Shown here: positions 54,442 to 64,000 of the stretch, one piece after another
Layout of the letters: each line of letters opens with the position of its first letter
Position numbering within the stretch: the first letter of the stretch is position 1
Assembly (NCBI GenBank): GCA_963803105.1
Contig: CAWDLF010000003.1
Location: 25,518-89,517, forward strand
From: Terriglobia bacterium
Lineage (GTDB): Bacteria > Acidobacteriota > Terriglobia > Acidiferrales > UBA7541
Direction of reading: 5' to 3'
Length of the DNA stretch: 64,000 bases
The notes under the pieces: model-generated
Told to the model about the DNA's origin: nothing
The model's database searches: none
What the model saw: the letters and a program-made list of their open reading frames with translations, nothing else
Position numbers and translations under genes: made by a program

Positions 54442-56340
54442 ATGCCGCATAGGTTGACTAACGTCCTGCCGCGCGTTCCGAGCGACATCGAGATCGCTCA
54501 GAGCGCTACGCCGCTTCCCATCGAGCGCATCGCCGCCGAATCCGGCATCGCCGCCGGCGAACTGGAGCTTTACGGTAAGAGCAAGGCCAAGGTGCATCTC
54601 TCCATCCGAGATCGCCTCCGCGAAATTCCTAACGGCAAGTACATCGTCGTCACTGCCATCACCCCCACTCCGCTGGGGGAAGGGAAGACCACCACCACGA
54701 TCGGGCTGAGCCAGGCGATCGGCGCGCATCTGGACAAGAAAGTGTTCACCTGTGTGCGCCAGCCGAGCCAAGGCCCAACTTTCGGGATCAAAGGCGGCGC
54801 GGCCGGCGGCGGCTACAGTCAGATTATCCCCATGGAAGATTTCAACCTCCACCTCACAGGAGACATCCACGCCATCACCGCGGCAAACAACCTGCTGGCA
54901 GCGGCCATCGACACGCGCATGTTCCATGAGGCGGCGCAAACCGACGACGCGCTGTTCGACCGCCTGTGCCCCGCGGCCAAGGATGGCACGCGCCGCTTTG
55001 CTTCGGTCATGCTGCGCAGACTGAAGAAGCTGGGCATCGCAAAGACCGACCCAGCGCAGTTGACGCCCGAGGAGCGTGGCCGCTTCGCCCGTCTGGATAT
55101 CGATCCCGCGAGCATCACTTGGCGCCGCGTGGTCGACACCAACGACCGCTTCCTGCGCCAGATCACCGTCGGCCAGGGCCCCGAGGAAAGGGGCATGACG
55201 CGCGAGACCGGTTTCGACATTACCGTGGCGAGCGAGATCATGGCCATTCTGGCGCTCACCACCGGGCTCGGCGACATGCGCGAACGCCTCGGCCGAATGG
55301 TCATCGGCACCAGCCGTGCGGGCGAAGCCATCACCGCCGACGACCTAGGCGTGGGCGGCGCGCTGACCGTGCTGATGAAGGACGCCATTCTGCCCAACCT
55401 GATGCAAACTCTCGAAGGAACTCCTGCTTTCGTCCACGCCGGGCCCTTCGCAAATATCGCGCACGGCAATTCTTCGATCGTAGCCGATCAAATCGCTCTC
55501 AAGCTCGTCGGGCCGGATGGCTACGTCCTCACCGAGGCCGGTTTCGGCGCGGACATCGGCATGGAGAAATTCTTCAACATCAAATGCCGCTACAGCGGCC
55601 TGGCGCCCAATTGCGTGGTTCTCGTGGCCACGATTCGCGCGCTCAAGATGCATGGCGGCGGACCGAAAGTAACGGCCGGTCAGCCGCTCGACCGCGCCTA
55701 CACGGAAGAAAATCTCGAGCTGGTCGAAAAGGGCTGCGCGAATCTGGTGAAGATGGTGCAAAACGCCCGGCGCTTCGGCGTTCCCGTAGTGGTGGGCGTA
55801 AATCGCTTCAAGGACGACACGCCCGCGGAAATCGAACTGGTTCGTCGTTTCGCAGTACAGGCGGGGGCGGAAGACGCGGTGATAACCGATCACTGGGCGC
55901 AAGGCGGCGCCGGAGCCGTGGCCCTCGGCAAAGCGGTCATCGCCGCTTGCCAAAAGCCGAGTAAATTCAGCTTCCTCTACGCCCTGGATTTGAGCATCAA
56001 GGAAAAGATCGAAACCATCGTGCGGGAAATGTATGGCGGAGCGGGCGTTGAATATTCGCCCGAGGCGGACAAGAAGATCGCACTCTACAATCGCCTGGGT
56101 TTTGACAAGCTGCCCATCTGCATGGCCAAAACCCATCTGAGTTTGAGTCACGACCCAACTCTGAAGGGCGCGCCCACGGGATTCATCGTTCCGGTGCGGG
56201 ATATTCGAGCCAGCGTCGGCGCCGGTTTTCTCTATCCGTTGCTCGGCAAGATGAGCACCATGCCGGGCCTCGCCACCCGCCCGGGCTACTACGACATCGA
56301 TCTCGACGTCGAAACTGGCCGCGTGATTGGATTGTCTTAG
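54442..56340 (+). CDS. fhs: Formate--tetrahydrofolate ligase (long, eukaryote-like form)
   Basis: [23 protein letters not shown] and [10 protein letters not shown] motifs. The length is 632 aa because of an insert of about 70 aa ([30 protein letters not shown]). Confidence 0.95.
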   Translation: MPHRLTNVLPRVPSDIEIAQSATPLPIERIAAESGIAAGELELYGKSKAKVHLSIRDRLREIPNGKYIVVTAITPTPLGEGKTTTTIGLSQAIGAHLDKKVFTCVRQPSQGPTFGIKGGAAGGGYSQIIPMEDFNLHLTGDIHAITAANNLLAAAIDTRMFHEAAQTDDALFDRLCPAAKDGTRRFASVMLRRLKKLGIAKTDPAQLTPEERGRFARLDIDPASITWRRVVDTNDRFLRQITVGQGPEERGMTRETGFDITVASEIMAILALTTGLGDMRERLGRMVIGTSRAGEAITADDLGVGGALTVLMKDAILPNLMQTLEGTPAFVHAGPFANIAHGNSSIVADQIALKLVGPDGYVLTEAGFGADIGMEKFFNIKCRYSGLAPNCVVLVATIRALKMHGGGPKVTAGQPLDRAYTEENLELVEKGCANLVKMVQNARRFGVPVVVGVNRFKDDTPAEIELVRRFAVQAGAEDAVITDHWAQGGAGAVALGKAVIAACQKPSKFSFLYALDLSIKEKIETIVREMYGGAGVEYSPEADKKIALYNRLGFDKLPICMAKTHLSLSHDPTLKGAPTGFIVPVRDIRASVGAGFLYPLLGKMSTMPGLATRPGYYDIDLDVETGRVIGLS

Positions 56341-56576
56341 TGCGAGGAAGACGTCTGTTCGCCCCGGTGGGCGTGCCACCATTTGCGCAGCGCCACGAAG
56401 GACCAAACCGACTCCACGAAGCCGAAGGGCCACGCTCCCTGCAAGAATCCATACACGGCCGCAAGTACGCAAGACGCCGCAAACGCCAGAATGAACCAGG
56501 GGCTGCGCTTCTCAAAGGCGTAGAAGATCAACATCGCTGTCACGGCGAAGAGTCCAAAAAGGGTCAGTGGATTCAC
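56337..56576 (-). CDS. Small membrane protein (79 aa, 2-3 TM)
   Basis: Hydrophobic ORF. It is convergent with fhs and overlaps its stop by 4 nt. Confidence 0.55.
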   Translation of the reverse strand: MNPLTLFGLFAVTAMLIFYAFEKRSPWFILAFAASCVLAAVYGFLQGAWPFGFVESVWSFVALRKWWHAHRGEQTSSSH

Positions 56577-56687
56577 GGCGCTGCTTTGCTCCCGATGCGA
56601 AATTGTGTGCCTTCTTCATTGTCGCTCAATTCCCACTAGGTTAAAGTGTGCCTGACGAAATCTTAACGAAATCCTGACGGAAACTTG

Positions 56688-57236
56688 ATGACGCCAAAAA
56701 CTCCCAAACTGACAATTCTGATTCGCCGCGGCGCTATTCACGAGCGCGTGCGAGCCGTGGCACGGCAAATCACGCGCGACTTCCGCGGTCAGCGTGTGCA
56801 TCTGGTGGGCGTCCTCAAGGGCGCGAGCTTTTTTCTTTGCGATGTCGCGCGCGAGATCGACTTGGAGACCTCTATCGACTTCATCGCCGTTTCGAGCTAC
56901 GGCACCGGCAAGGAATCGTCGGGTCAGGTTCGCCTGGTGAAGGACTTGGACACGCGCATCGCGGGATTGAACGTCATCCTGGTGGAGGACATCCTCGATA
57001 CTGGGCTGACGCTTAGCTATCTACTGCGCATTCTCCGGCAGCGCAGACCCAAGCAGTTGCGCGTGGCCGTGATGCTTGATAAACCTGCGCGCCGCTTGAA
57101 GCCGGTGAAGCCGGACTATCGGGGTTTCAAGATCCCGAACCATTTCGTGGTCGGTTACGGCCTGGATTACGCAGAGCGTTATCGCAACCTGAAAGATCTC
57201 TGCATTTTGAGCGATGTTCCCGGAATCGAATCGTAG
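56688..57236 (+). CDS. hpt: Hypoxanthine phosphoribosyltransferase
   Basis: VILVEDILDTGLTLS PRPP-binding motif, and KPDY.GF.IP..FVVGYG.DY.E.YRNL. Confidence 0.9.
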   Translation: MTPKTPKLTILIRRGAIHERVRAVARQITRDFRGQRVHLVGVLKGASFFLCDVAREIDLETSIDFIAVSSYGTGKESSGQVRLVKDLDTRIAGLNVILVEDILDTGLTLSYLLRILRQRRPKQLRVAVMLDKPARRLKPVKPDYRGFKIPNHFVVGYGLDYAERYRNLKDLCILSDVPGIES

Positions 57237-57355
57237 TTCCCAAGTTCACCACCCTCCCGCTTGCTATAATGGAATGGATAGTAGCGGTCTAGGAGCGGCG
57301 AAATCGGGGTTTCGCTGTCACGCAGTTCAACCTCTAAGCCGGCGTCGCCGCAGGT

Positions 57356-59125
57356 GTGGCCGCCTCGCCCTCAATGACTTCGTCGGAACTCAATTCGGTG
57401 CTCGACTTTCCGCCTGAGACGCTCGCCGTCCTGGCTGAGATCAGCCATGAAATCAATGCGTCGCTGAACCTGGACGAAGTGCTGTCCCGCGCCGCGGCGC
57501 AGGTCAAACGGCTTGTCGATTACGAAATTTTCGCGGTGCTCCTCGTCGATGAAAGCACCAACGAGCTTTTCATCCGCTTCGCCATCGGACATCGCCCCGA
57601 GGTTGTGAGCCATTGGAGAATTCCCATGGGCGACGGCATTATCGGCGCCGCCGCGGCTATCGGACAGGCCATTCGCGTGGGCGACGTGCTGAAAGACTCG
57701 CGCTACCTGGCCGCAGCCCCCGAGGTGCGCTCGGAATTGGCCGTCCCGCTCATCGTTCGCGGGCGCGTGATCGGCGTGGTCGATATCGAAAGCCGCCAGC
57801 CGGATTATTTCACTCCCACCCAGCAGGCGATCTTGACCTTGGTGGCCAGCCGCATCGCCACGGCCGTTGAAAACGCGCGCCTTTACGAAAACGCGCAAAA
57901 GCAGGCCGAAACGCTGTTGCTGCTGAACGAAATCTCGCGCGAGATGAACGCCACCTTCCAGGTAGAAGAGGTGTTGCGTCGCGCAGCGGAACTCGCCAAG
58001 CGCCTCATCGACTATCAGATCTTCAGCATTCTGCTGTACGACGAGACTAGCGACGTCTTTCGTCATCGCGTAACCGTGAAGTTCGGCCAGCGCGTGCAGG
58101 AGAAGTCGGCTGTGCCAGCCCACGAGGGCATCGTCGGAGCCGCAGCCAAGCTCCGGCGCGCCGTGGTCGTTCCCGACGTGTCGCTCGATCCGCGCTATCG
58201 CATGCTGAACCCCGAAACGCGCTCGGAGCTGGCCGTGCCCATGCTCTACAAGAATCAAGTCGTTGGCGTGATGGATTTGGAAAGCCCGCAGCTCAACTAC
58301 TTCACGCCCGATCACGTGCAAGTGCTCGCCATTCTGGCAGCGCATCTCGCAGTTTCGATCGTCAACGCGCGTCTCTACGAGCAGGTGGCTCGCGACGAAA
58401 ACCGCATGGAGCGTGACCTGAACGCCGCGCGCCGCATTCAAGGCGCATTGCTGCCGCGCATGCCCGGCCCGGAGTTCGGGCTGCAGATTGCCGCGCGCGT
58501 GGTGTCCTCGCGCGAGCTCAGCGGCGACCTCTATGACTTTTTGCGCTACGGCCCGCGCGATCTTGGAGTCGCGCTCGGCGACGTAAGCGGAAAAGGTAGC
58601 GCCGCCGCGCTCTACGGCGCCGTGGCCGTCGGAACCCTACGCAGCCTGGGATCGGGCAAGCCGCGCCCCGCCAGCATGCTGCGAGCCGTCAATAGCTTTC
58701 TCGGCGAGCGTCTGATCGAAGGCCGCTTCATGACCTTGTGCTTCGCCACCTGGAATCAGGCCAAGCACCGCCTGCGCGTCGCCAATGCGGGCCAGGAGCA
58801 GCCGCTGCTGTACCACGCCGGGCGCTGCGAAAAGATCGATCTCTCCGGTTTTCCGTTGGGAATTTTTGCGGACAGCACCTACGAGGAGCGCAGCTACATT
58901 CTCGATCCCGGCGACGTTCTGGTGTTTTATTCCGACGGCATCGGAGACGCGCAGGCGGGGACTGGGGAGTTCTTCGGTCATGCGCGCGTCGCGGAGCTTA
59001 TCGTTCGCAACCAACATCTGTCCGCGGACGAAATCGCCGACAGCATCCTCGAAGCCGCCGACCGTTTCTCGGGCGGCCAGCATCCGGCCGATGACCGCAC
59101 GCTGCTGGTGCTGAAAGTCCAGTAG
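57356..59125 (+). CDS. GAF-GAF-PP2C (SpoIIE-type) protein phosphatase
   Basis: Two GAF domains (SELAVPLIVRGRVIGVVDIES; SELAVPMLYKNQVVGVMDLES) and a PP2C/SpoIIE domain (LSGDLYDF, GDVSGKG, SDGI, DDRTLLVL). The start is uncertain (57356 or 57374). Confidence 0.9.
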   Translation: MAASPSMTSSELNSVLDFPPETLAVLAEISHEINASLNLDEVLSRAAAQVKRLVDYEIFAVLLVDESTNELFIRFAIGHRPEVVSHWRIPMGDGIIGAAAAIGQAIRVGDVLKDSRYLAAAPEVRSELAVPLIVRGRVIGVVDIESRQPDYFTPTQQAILTLVASRIATAVENARLYENAQKQAETLLLLNEISREMNATFQVEEVLRRAAELAKRLIDYQIFSILLYDETSDVFRHRVTVKFGQRVQEKSAVPAHEGIVGAAAKLRRAVVVPDVSLDPRYRMLNPETRSELAVPMLYKNQVVGVMDLESPQLNYFTPDHVQVLAILAAHLAVSIVNARLYEQVARDENRMERDLNAARRIQGALLPRMPGPEFGLQIAARVVSSRELSGDLYDFLRYGPRDLGVALGDVSGKGSAAALYGAVAVGTLRSLGSGKPRPASMLRAVNSFLGERLIEGRFMTLCFATWNQAKHRLRVANAGQEQPLLYHAGRCEKIDLSGFPLGIFADSTYEERSYILDPGDVLVFYSDGIGDAQAGTGEFFGHARVAELIVRNQHLSADEIADSILEAADRFSGGQHPADDRTLLVLKVQ

Positions 59126-59146
59126 CCCCTTCGCACCGCGAACGCC

Positions 59147-60007
59147 TTACCGTTCACCCCACCGCAATTTGCTCCGCAGAATCTCGAAATAAGTCTTGCT
59201 CGGCGGGCGAATCAACGAAACCCGGTTCGTGGATTTCGTGATCGTCACGCGGTCTTTCGCGTCCAGCTGAAAGCCAAGCTGCCCGTCGAGCGTCACATAA
59301 ACGGGCTCTTGCGCCGGCGCAAAGTCCAGATCGATTCGCGAAGAGTCGGGAATCACCAGCGGACGGTTTGTCAGCATATGCGGGCAAATCGGCGTAATCA
59401 CGAAAGCATCGATATTGGGATCGATGATCGGTCCCCCGGCGGCCAGCGAATACGCCGTCGAACCGGTAGGCGTGGCCACGATGATTCCATCCGCGCGATA
59501 GCGGCCCACGTGCTCGCGATTCACGTAGACGTCGAAATCCAGCATCCGCGCGAGCGCCGCCTTGTTGGCGACCGCGTCATTTAGCGCGCACAACCGTTCC
59601 GGGGCCTGACCGCTGCGCAAGATCTCGGCCTGCAGCATCATTCGCCGGCTCACGCGATGCTGATCCACTAGCACCTGCTCGAGCAGCGGATACATCTCGT
59701 CCAGGGTTACGCTGGTCATGAAGCCCAGCCCGCCCAGATTTACCGCCAGAATGGGAATTTCGTGGGTGGTCAAGGCGCGCGCGGCGGAGAGAAGAGTTCC
59801 GTCGCCGCCCAAAACGATCAGCAGGTCGATGTTTTCCGCCAGCGCCTCGCGGGTAAGCGCCTTTTCCGGCGGCTGGATGCAGCCCTGGGTTTCCTGGTCG
59901 ATGAAAACGTCGATTTTGTGCCCGCGCAGCCATTCGATCAGCGGCGGCACCACGGAAGCCACGATCTTCTGGACGGGCTTGCAGACAATTCCGGCGGCGC
60001 GAATCAT
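59147..60007 (-). CDS. nadK: NAD kinase
   Basis: LGGDGTLL, NLGGLGF and TPTGSTAYSLAAGGPI motifs. The start is set at MIRAAGIV (60007), 19 nt after the tlyA stop. Confidence 0.9.
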   Translation of the reverse strand: MIRAAGIVCKPVQKIVASVVPPLIEWLRGHKIDVFIDQETQGCIQPPEKALTREALAENIDLLIVLGGDGTLLSAARALTTHEIPILAVNLGGLGFMTSVTLDEMYPLLEQVLVDQHRVSRRMMLQAEILRSGQAPERLCALNDAVANKAALARMLDFDVYVNREHVGRYRADGIIVATPTGSTAYSLAAGGPIIDPNIDAFVITPICPHMLTNRPLVIPDSSRIDLDFAPAQEPVYVTLDGQLGFQLDAKDRVTITKSTNRVSLIRPPSKTYFEILRSKLRWGER

Positions 60008-60026
60008 CGTGAGGCCCGATTTTATG

Positions 60027-60818
60027 CTAAACGGGCCGTCGCGCGTGCAGAAAATACTCCTGATTCCCCTCGGTGCCTTTGATTCGGCTTGGCCGCTCGC
60101 CCTGCACGTGAAGTCCGGCTGCGGCCGCTGCGGCCGACACGCGATCGATGGCCTTGCGATGCAAAGCCTCATCGCGGACGATGCCGCCCTTGCCGATGTG
60201 GCGCTTCTCGAGTTCGAACTGAGGTTTGACTAGAATCAGGAAATCCGCGCCCGGCCGCGCCAGCGGCACGACCGCCGGCAGCACCTTGGCCACGGAAATG
60301 AAAGACACGTCGATAGTCACAAAATCCACTTCATCGATGATGTCGTCAGGCAGCAGATAGCGCGCGTTCCGCTCCACCATCACCACGCGGCTGTCGGTAC
60401 GCAGGTTCCACCGCAGCTGGTCCGTCGAGACATCGACGGCATAGATCTTGGTTGCGCCGTTCTGCAGCATGCAATCGGTGAAACCGCCCGTTGAGCTTCC
60501 GATGTCCATGCACACTTTGAACTCTACGCTGACGCCGAACTCCTCGAAGTCCTCAAGAGCGCCTTCGAGCTTTAATCCGCCACGGCTGGCATAACGCAGG
60601 CCCTCTCCCACAATTTCGATCTGCGCATCCACCGCGACCTGGCTGCCCGCTTTGCCGGCTTTCGCGCCGTCCACACGCACCTCGCCCGCCATCAGCAGTG
60701 CCTGCGCCTGCTCGCGTGAAGCGACGAGTCCGCGCGAGACCATCAGCACGTCGAGGCGCTCTTTGCCGGGCTTGCGGTTTTTCTTGGGAGAAGTTTCGGA
60801 CGTAGGCCGGGAAGACAT
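60027..60818 (-). CDS. tlyA: TlyA family rRNA (cytidine-2'-O)-methyltransferase
   Basis: S4 domain (RLDVLMVSRGLVASREQAQALL.AG.V.V) and FtsJ-like methyltransferase (CMDIGSSTGGFTDC). Confidence 0.9.
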   Translation of the reverse strand: MSSRPTSETSPKKNRKPGKERLDVLMVSRGLVASREQAQALLMAGEVRVDGAKAGKAGSQVAVDAQIEIVGEGLRYASRGGLKLEGALEDFEEFGVSVEFKVCMDIGSSTGGFTDCMLQNGATKIYAVDVSTDQLRWNLRTDSRVVMVERNARYLLPDDIIDEVDFVTIDVSFISVAKVLPAVVPLARPGADFLILVKPQFELEKRHIGKGGIVRDEALHRKAIDRVSAAAAAAGLHVQGERPSRIKGTEGNQEYFLHARRPV

Positions 60819-61017
60819 AGAAATGATGCGCTATGTAGCAGCGCGCTGTGCAGCAGAACGCTTTATGTCACTGAACTAGGACTACGGTAATGGCTAAGTT
60901 TGCCTCTCGCAGTGGCGCTTGTGGCACAGGCACTCTTGCCTGTGCGCGTAAATGCAAGCGACCCGTAAGCCTCAACCGGACGCGGCCACATCACCGGCAA
61001 ACTGGGCCGCGACGCGA

Positions 61018-61971
61018 CTACGATCGTCGCGCGATCAGAAATTCCGCGAGCTGCAGCAGCCGCGTGGCGCGCGCCCCATACGGAGCGATCTGCGCGCGGG
61101 CGCTGGATTCCAGCTCGGCCGCAATGGCGCGCGATTTCTCCATCCCGTAAAGCGCCGGATACGTAGCCTTTTTCTGAGACTGATCCTTGCCCGGCGTTTT
61201 CCCCAGCGCCGCCGACGACTCCTCGACATCCAGTATGTCGTCCACCACTTGAAACGCCCAGCCGATCGCCCCACCGAACTCACGGAGCCGCGCGACATCC
61301 TCTTCGGCGGCGCCTCCGGCAATGGCGCCCGCTATTATGGCCGCGCGAATCAGCGCCGCGGTCTTCGAACGGTGAATGTATTCGAGCGTCGCCGGGTTCA
61401 GCGGTTTTCCTTCTGCTTCGAGGTCCGCCACCTGCCCGCCCACCATGCCATCGACCGTCCCGGCGGCCGTGCTGATCTCGGTGATCACACGCACCCGCTC
61501 GGCGTCCGAGAGCGGCGCCGCGGCCAGCGTCTGAAACGCCCGCGTGAGCAGGGCATCGCCGGCCAGAATTGCGATGGCCTCTCCAAACACTACGTGGTTC
61601 GTCGGCTTGCCGCGCCGCAGATCGTCGTTATCGAGCGAAGGAAGATCGTCGTGGATCAGCGAATAGGTGTGGATGAACTCGATGGCGCATCCCACCTGCA
61701 CCGCGCCGTCAACTCTGTCCGTGAACATGCGCGCCGCTTCCAGGCACAGGATGGGGCGAATCCGCTTGCCGCCCGCCTGCACGCTGTAGCGCATCGCTCG
61801 GTGAATCGAAGGCGGCTGCACATTCTCGGAGGGGAGCAGCTTTTCGAGCGCCGCCTCAATCAGCGTGTGGTCCGCTTGGAAAAAATCAGGGAGCTTCACG
61901 CTCGCGGCCTGCACTTCGAAAAGCTTGGGCGCTCCGGAACTGGATGAGCCAGATGTGGATGAAGAGGACAC
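61018..61971 (-). CDS. ispA: Polyprenyl (farnesyl/geranylgeranyl) diphosphate synthase
   Basis: First DDxxD motif LIHDDLPSLDNDDLRRGKP and second motif FQVVDDILD. Confidence 0.9.
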   Translation of the reverse strand: MSSSSTSGSSSSGAPKLFEVQAASVKLPDFFQADHTLIEAALEKLLPSENVQPPSIHRAMRYSVQAGGKRIRPILCLEAARMFTDRVDGAVQVGCAIEFIHTYSLIHDDLPSLDNDDLRRGKPTNHVVFGEAIAILAGDALLTRAFQTLAAAPLSDAERVRVITEISTAAGTVDGMVGGQVADLEAEGKPLNPATLEYIHRSKTAALIRAAIIAGAIAGGAAEEDVARLREFGGAIGWAFQVVDDILDVEESSAALGKTPGKDQSQKKATYPALYGMEKSRAIAAELESSARAQIAPYGARATRLLQLAEFLIARRS

Positions 61972-61986
61972 GTCTCGCCAGGCCTT

Positions 61987-62256
61987 CTACGAGGATTCAT
62001 CATCGGGCTCGAACGGTTTCGCTGCGATCTTGCCGTCCGCTCGCTTCAGCAGTATCTCCACGCGTCCTTCGGCTTCTTCCAGCTGCTTCTGGCACTCCTG
62101 CGAAAGTTTCACTCCCTCTTCGAAAAGCCCCATGGCCTCGTCGAGCGAAAGCTCCGTGCTTTCCAGGCGCTTCACAACTTCTTCGAGGCGCGTGAGCGAC
62201 TTCTCAAACTCCCCCTTGCGAGGGGCTTCGGACGCTTTATTAGGAGTGGCGGGCAT
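61987..62256 (-). CDS. xseB: Exodeoxyribonuclease VII small subunit
   Basis: 89 aa. FE.SL.RLEEVV.RLES.ELSLDEA..LFEEG..L...C...L is the XseB pattern. It lies directly upstream of ispA, as in many bacteria. Confidence 0.85.
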   Translation of the reverse strand: MPATPNKASEAPRKGEFEKSLTRLEEVVKRLESTELSLDEAMGLFEEGVKLSQECQKQLEEAEGRVEILLKRADGKIAAKPFEPDDESS

Positions 62257-62390
62257 GCGGCGCTCATTCTAGCGCACGCCCCGAAACCTAGCAACGCGCC
62301 ACCCCTGGGAACGCCAATCGCCCGATTGGCGGTCTTTGCCGTGGTCTTCGTCTCTGGGGTTCGGCTTTTGCCTTAGGCTTTTGCCTCGCC

Positions 62391-62423
62391 TTTGTTTTTG
62401 TAGCGGCCGCCTTCAGGCGGGCG
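62391..62423 (-). repeat. REP-like module copy (reverse complement reads CGCCCGCCTGAAGGCGGCCGCTACAAAAACAAA)
   Basis: It matches 8-46 and 24992-25010. It is embedded in a 300-bp intergenic region with further short hairpins, for example CGCCAATCG-CCC-GATTGGCG at about 62313-62332. Confidence 0.5.
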
Positions 62424-62571
62424 TCTTTGCATTCGCCGCCGGTCGCGCCGCGAACCCCAATCTCCCGTTGGCGATTTGCCGTCGCCCTCTTCCGGCTTTC
62501 TCCGTGTCTCTGTGCCTTCGTGGCTAACCGACCCTCTTGTGCTGCACTCCGCTCACAGGCACAATCGAGCC

Positions 62572-63156
62572 ATGCCGACCGAATTCTCCACCTCCCTTCT
62601 CAAGGACTCGACCGACCTCTTGCGTTACTACAAAAAGCTCGGCGAGCGCGCCATCGCTCAGGCGCCGGACGCCGCGCTTGTCGCCACGCTCGATCCCGAG
62701 TCCAACTCCATCGCTACTATCGTGAAGCACATCTCCGGCAATATGCGCTCGCGCTGGACCGATTTCCTCACCACGGACGGCGAAAAGCCCGACCGCCATC
62801 GCGACACGGAGTTCGAAACTCCGCCGCAAACCCGCGCTGAGATCGTCGCTCAATGGGAAGCCGGCTGGAAGATCACCTTCGACACCCTGAGCCACCTCAC
62901 GGACGCCGACCTAACGAAGTCCGTTCTGATTCGCAACGAGCCACACTCCGTGTTGCAGGCCATCGGGCGCGCTCTCGCGCACTACGCCTATCACGTCGGC
63001 CAGATCGTCTACCTGGCCAAGCACTTTGCCTCGGATAAATGGACTTCGCTGAGCGTGCCCAAGGGCAAGTCGAGTGAATTGAACGCCCGCCTGGGCTTAG
63101 GCTCCGCCACGAACCCCGGCTCCGGCCCCGATCCCGGTCAAGGACAGCGCCGGTAG
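62572..63156 (+). CDS. DinB-superfamily protein (DUF1572-like)
   Basis: The layout YYKKLGERAI....IATIVKHISGNMRSRWTDFLT.DGEKPDR.RD.EF....H..YHVGQIV.L is typical of DUF1572/DinB_2. Confidence 0.7.
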   Translation: MPTEFSTSLLKDSTDLLRYYKKLGERAIAQAPDAALVATLDPESNSIATIVKHISGNMRSRWTDFLTTDGEKPDRHRDTEFETPPQTRAEIVAQWEAGWKITFDTLSHLTDADLTKSVLIRNEPHSVLQAIGRALAHYAYHVGQIVYLAKHFASDKWTSLSVPKGKSSELNARLGLGSATNPGSGPDPGQGQRR

Positions 63157-63166
63157 CCTCCGCGCC

Positions 63167-64000
63167 GTGAGCACCCTTCACATCTTCGGCGTCGTTTTCC
63201 TCATTAGCATGAACGCGTTTTTCTCCGCCGTGGAATTTTCGCTGGTCGCCGTCCGGCTTTCGCGCATCCGCCAGCTGGTGGAGAAGGGTGACCCGCGCGC
63301 CCGCATCGTCGAACTTCTACTCAGCGATCTCGGCCGCGTCGTTTCGGGCGTTCAGGTGGGCATCACCATCGCCAGCCTGTCTCTCGGCTATTTGGGCGAG
63401 ATCACACTTTCCGCCATCGTCCACCCCATCGTCGAACGCTTTGGCGGGCGCTGGACGGGCGTGCTCACCCACGCCGTGGCGCTCGTAGTCGTGTTTGGAT
63501 TACTCACCATTTTGCAGGTGATCTTCGGCGAGCTCGTTCCCAAGAGCCTCAGCCTGGCGCGCGCCGAGCGCGTCGCCCTCATCATCGCGCGGCCGTTCTA
63601 CTGGTTCCTGCATACCTTTCGGTGGGCTATCGATTTGCTCGATCGTTCGGCCGAAAAAGTTGTCCTGGCGATGGGCGTGGTCGCGCCGCACAGCCATACA
63701 CTGATTCGCTCGACCGAAGAACTGCAGGTGCTGGTGCAGCAGGCGCGCGATCGCGGTCTCTTGCCCGCCGCGCAGGTGCGCTTCATTCAGAACGCCATCG
63801 AGCTCGGCCAGGTGCAGGTGCGCGAGGTGATGGTGCCGCGGCCGGATGTTCACGCCCTTCCCATCGACGCCACGCTCGACGAAACCATGCGCATGTTCGC
63901 CAGCACGCAGCGCTCGCGCCTACCGGTCTACGAAGGCTCTCTCGACCATATCGTCGGCTTCGTGCACATCAAAGACCTTGTCTGGGTGTTGCTGGAACAT
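63167..64000 (+). CDS. Hemolysin-family / CNNM transporter (DUF21 plus CBS domains), 3'-truncated by the window end
   Basis: My own translation from the GTG at 63167 reads VSTLHIFGVVFLISMNAFFSAVEFSLVAVR...ILQVIFGELVPKSL...VREVMVPRPDV...RLPVYEGSLDHIVGFVHIKDL. The frame is open to the window edge. Confidence 0.85.
   Translation, partial: MSTLHIFGVVFLISMNAFFSAVEFSLVAVRLSRIRQLVEKGDPRARIVELLLSDLGRVVSGVQVGITIASLSLGYLGEITLSAIVHPIVERFGGRWTGVLTHAVALVVVFGLLTILQVIFGELVPKSLSLARAERVALIIARPFYWFLHTFRWAIDLLDRSAEKVVLAMGVVAPHSHTLIRSTEELQVLVQQARDRGLLPAAQVRFIQNAIELGQVQVREVMVPRPDVHALPIDATLDETMRMFASTQRSRLPVYEGSLDHIVGFVHIKDLVWVLLEH

Noticed and set aside
54819-56472. Several long ORFs (54819..55469 -, 54966..55964 +, 55345..56472 -) inside the fhs region
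   Set aside because: They are alternative-frame or antisense ORFs overlapping a clearly real formate-THF ligase. Their sequences are Arg/Ala/Gly-rich and carry no motifs.
57371-58441. 356-aa minus-strand ORF
   Set aside because: It is antisense to the GAF-GAF-PP2C phosphatase gene, which has clear domain motifs.

Overview
The window is a visibly G+C-rich bacterial chromosome segment. Its gene content includes a PEP-CTERM protein, sigma-54/NtrC-type regulation, W/Y/G-rich secreted proteins, a TPR Ser/Thr kinase and many DUF-type secreted or outer-membrane proteins. This points to an Acidobacteriota-like soil bacterium, but that is inference only. Most of the window is ordinary core or accessory chromosome: signalling genes, an mdtABC-like RND efflux operon, a type III PKS pair, proC, fhs, hpt, nadK/tlyA and xseB/ispA.

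The outstanding region is 39.2-44.2 kb. An intact tRNA-Arg(ACG) is followed by a tyrosine integrase. The 3' end of the tRNA recurs twice downstream as direct repeats, one 48 bp and identical, one about 35 bp. These repeats delimit a composite, visibly more AT-rich island. Its cargo is a small coiled-coil protein, an Ala/Gly-rich small protein followed directly by a CPBP/Abi intramembrane protease, an ORF-poor tail of about 1 kb carrying a tRNA-His 3' fragment and phased short repeats, and a single-gene SYLF islet.

Other points worth follow-up:
- A histidine kinase whose membrane domain aligns with the plant ETR1 ethylene/Cu(I)-binding domain.
- A near-consensus sigma-54 promoter with upstream repeats, placed between an NtrB/NtrC-like pair and a large FecR-like secreted protein.
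- A candidate promoter-to-terminator sRNA unit.
- A frameshifted mdtC-like gene.
- A type III PKS plus flavoprotein pair.

No CRISPR array and no rRNA were seen. All functional calls rest on motifs recognised by eye in the supplied translations, so start codons are often uncertain.
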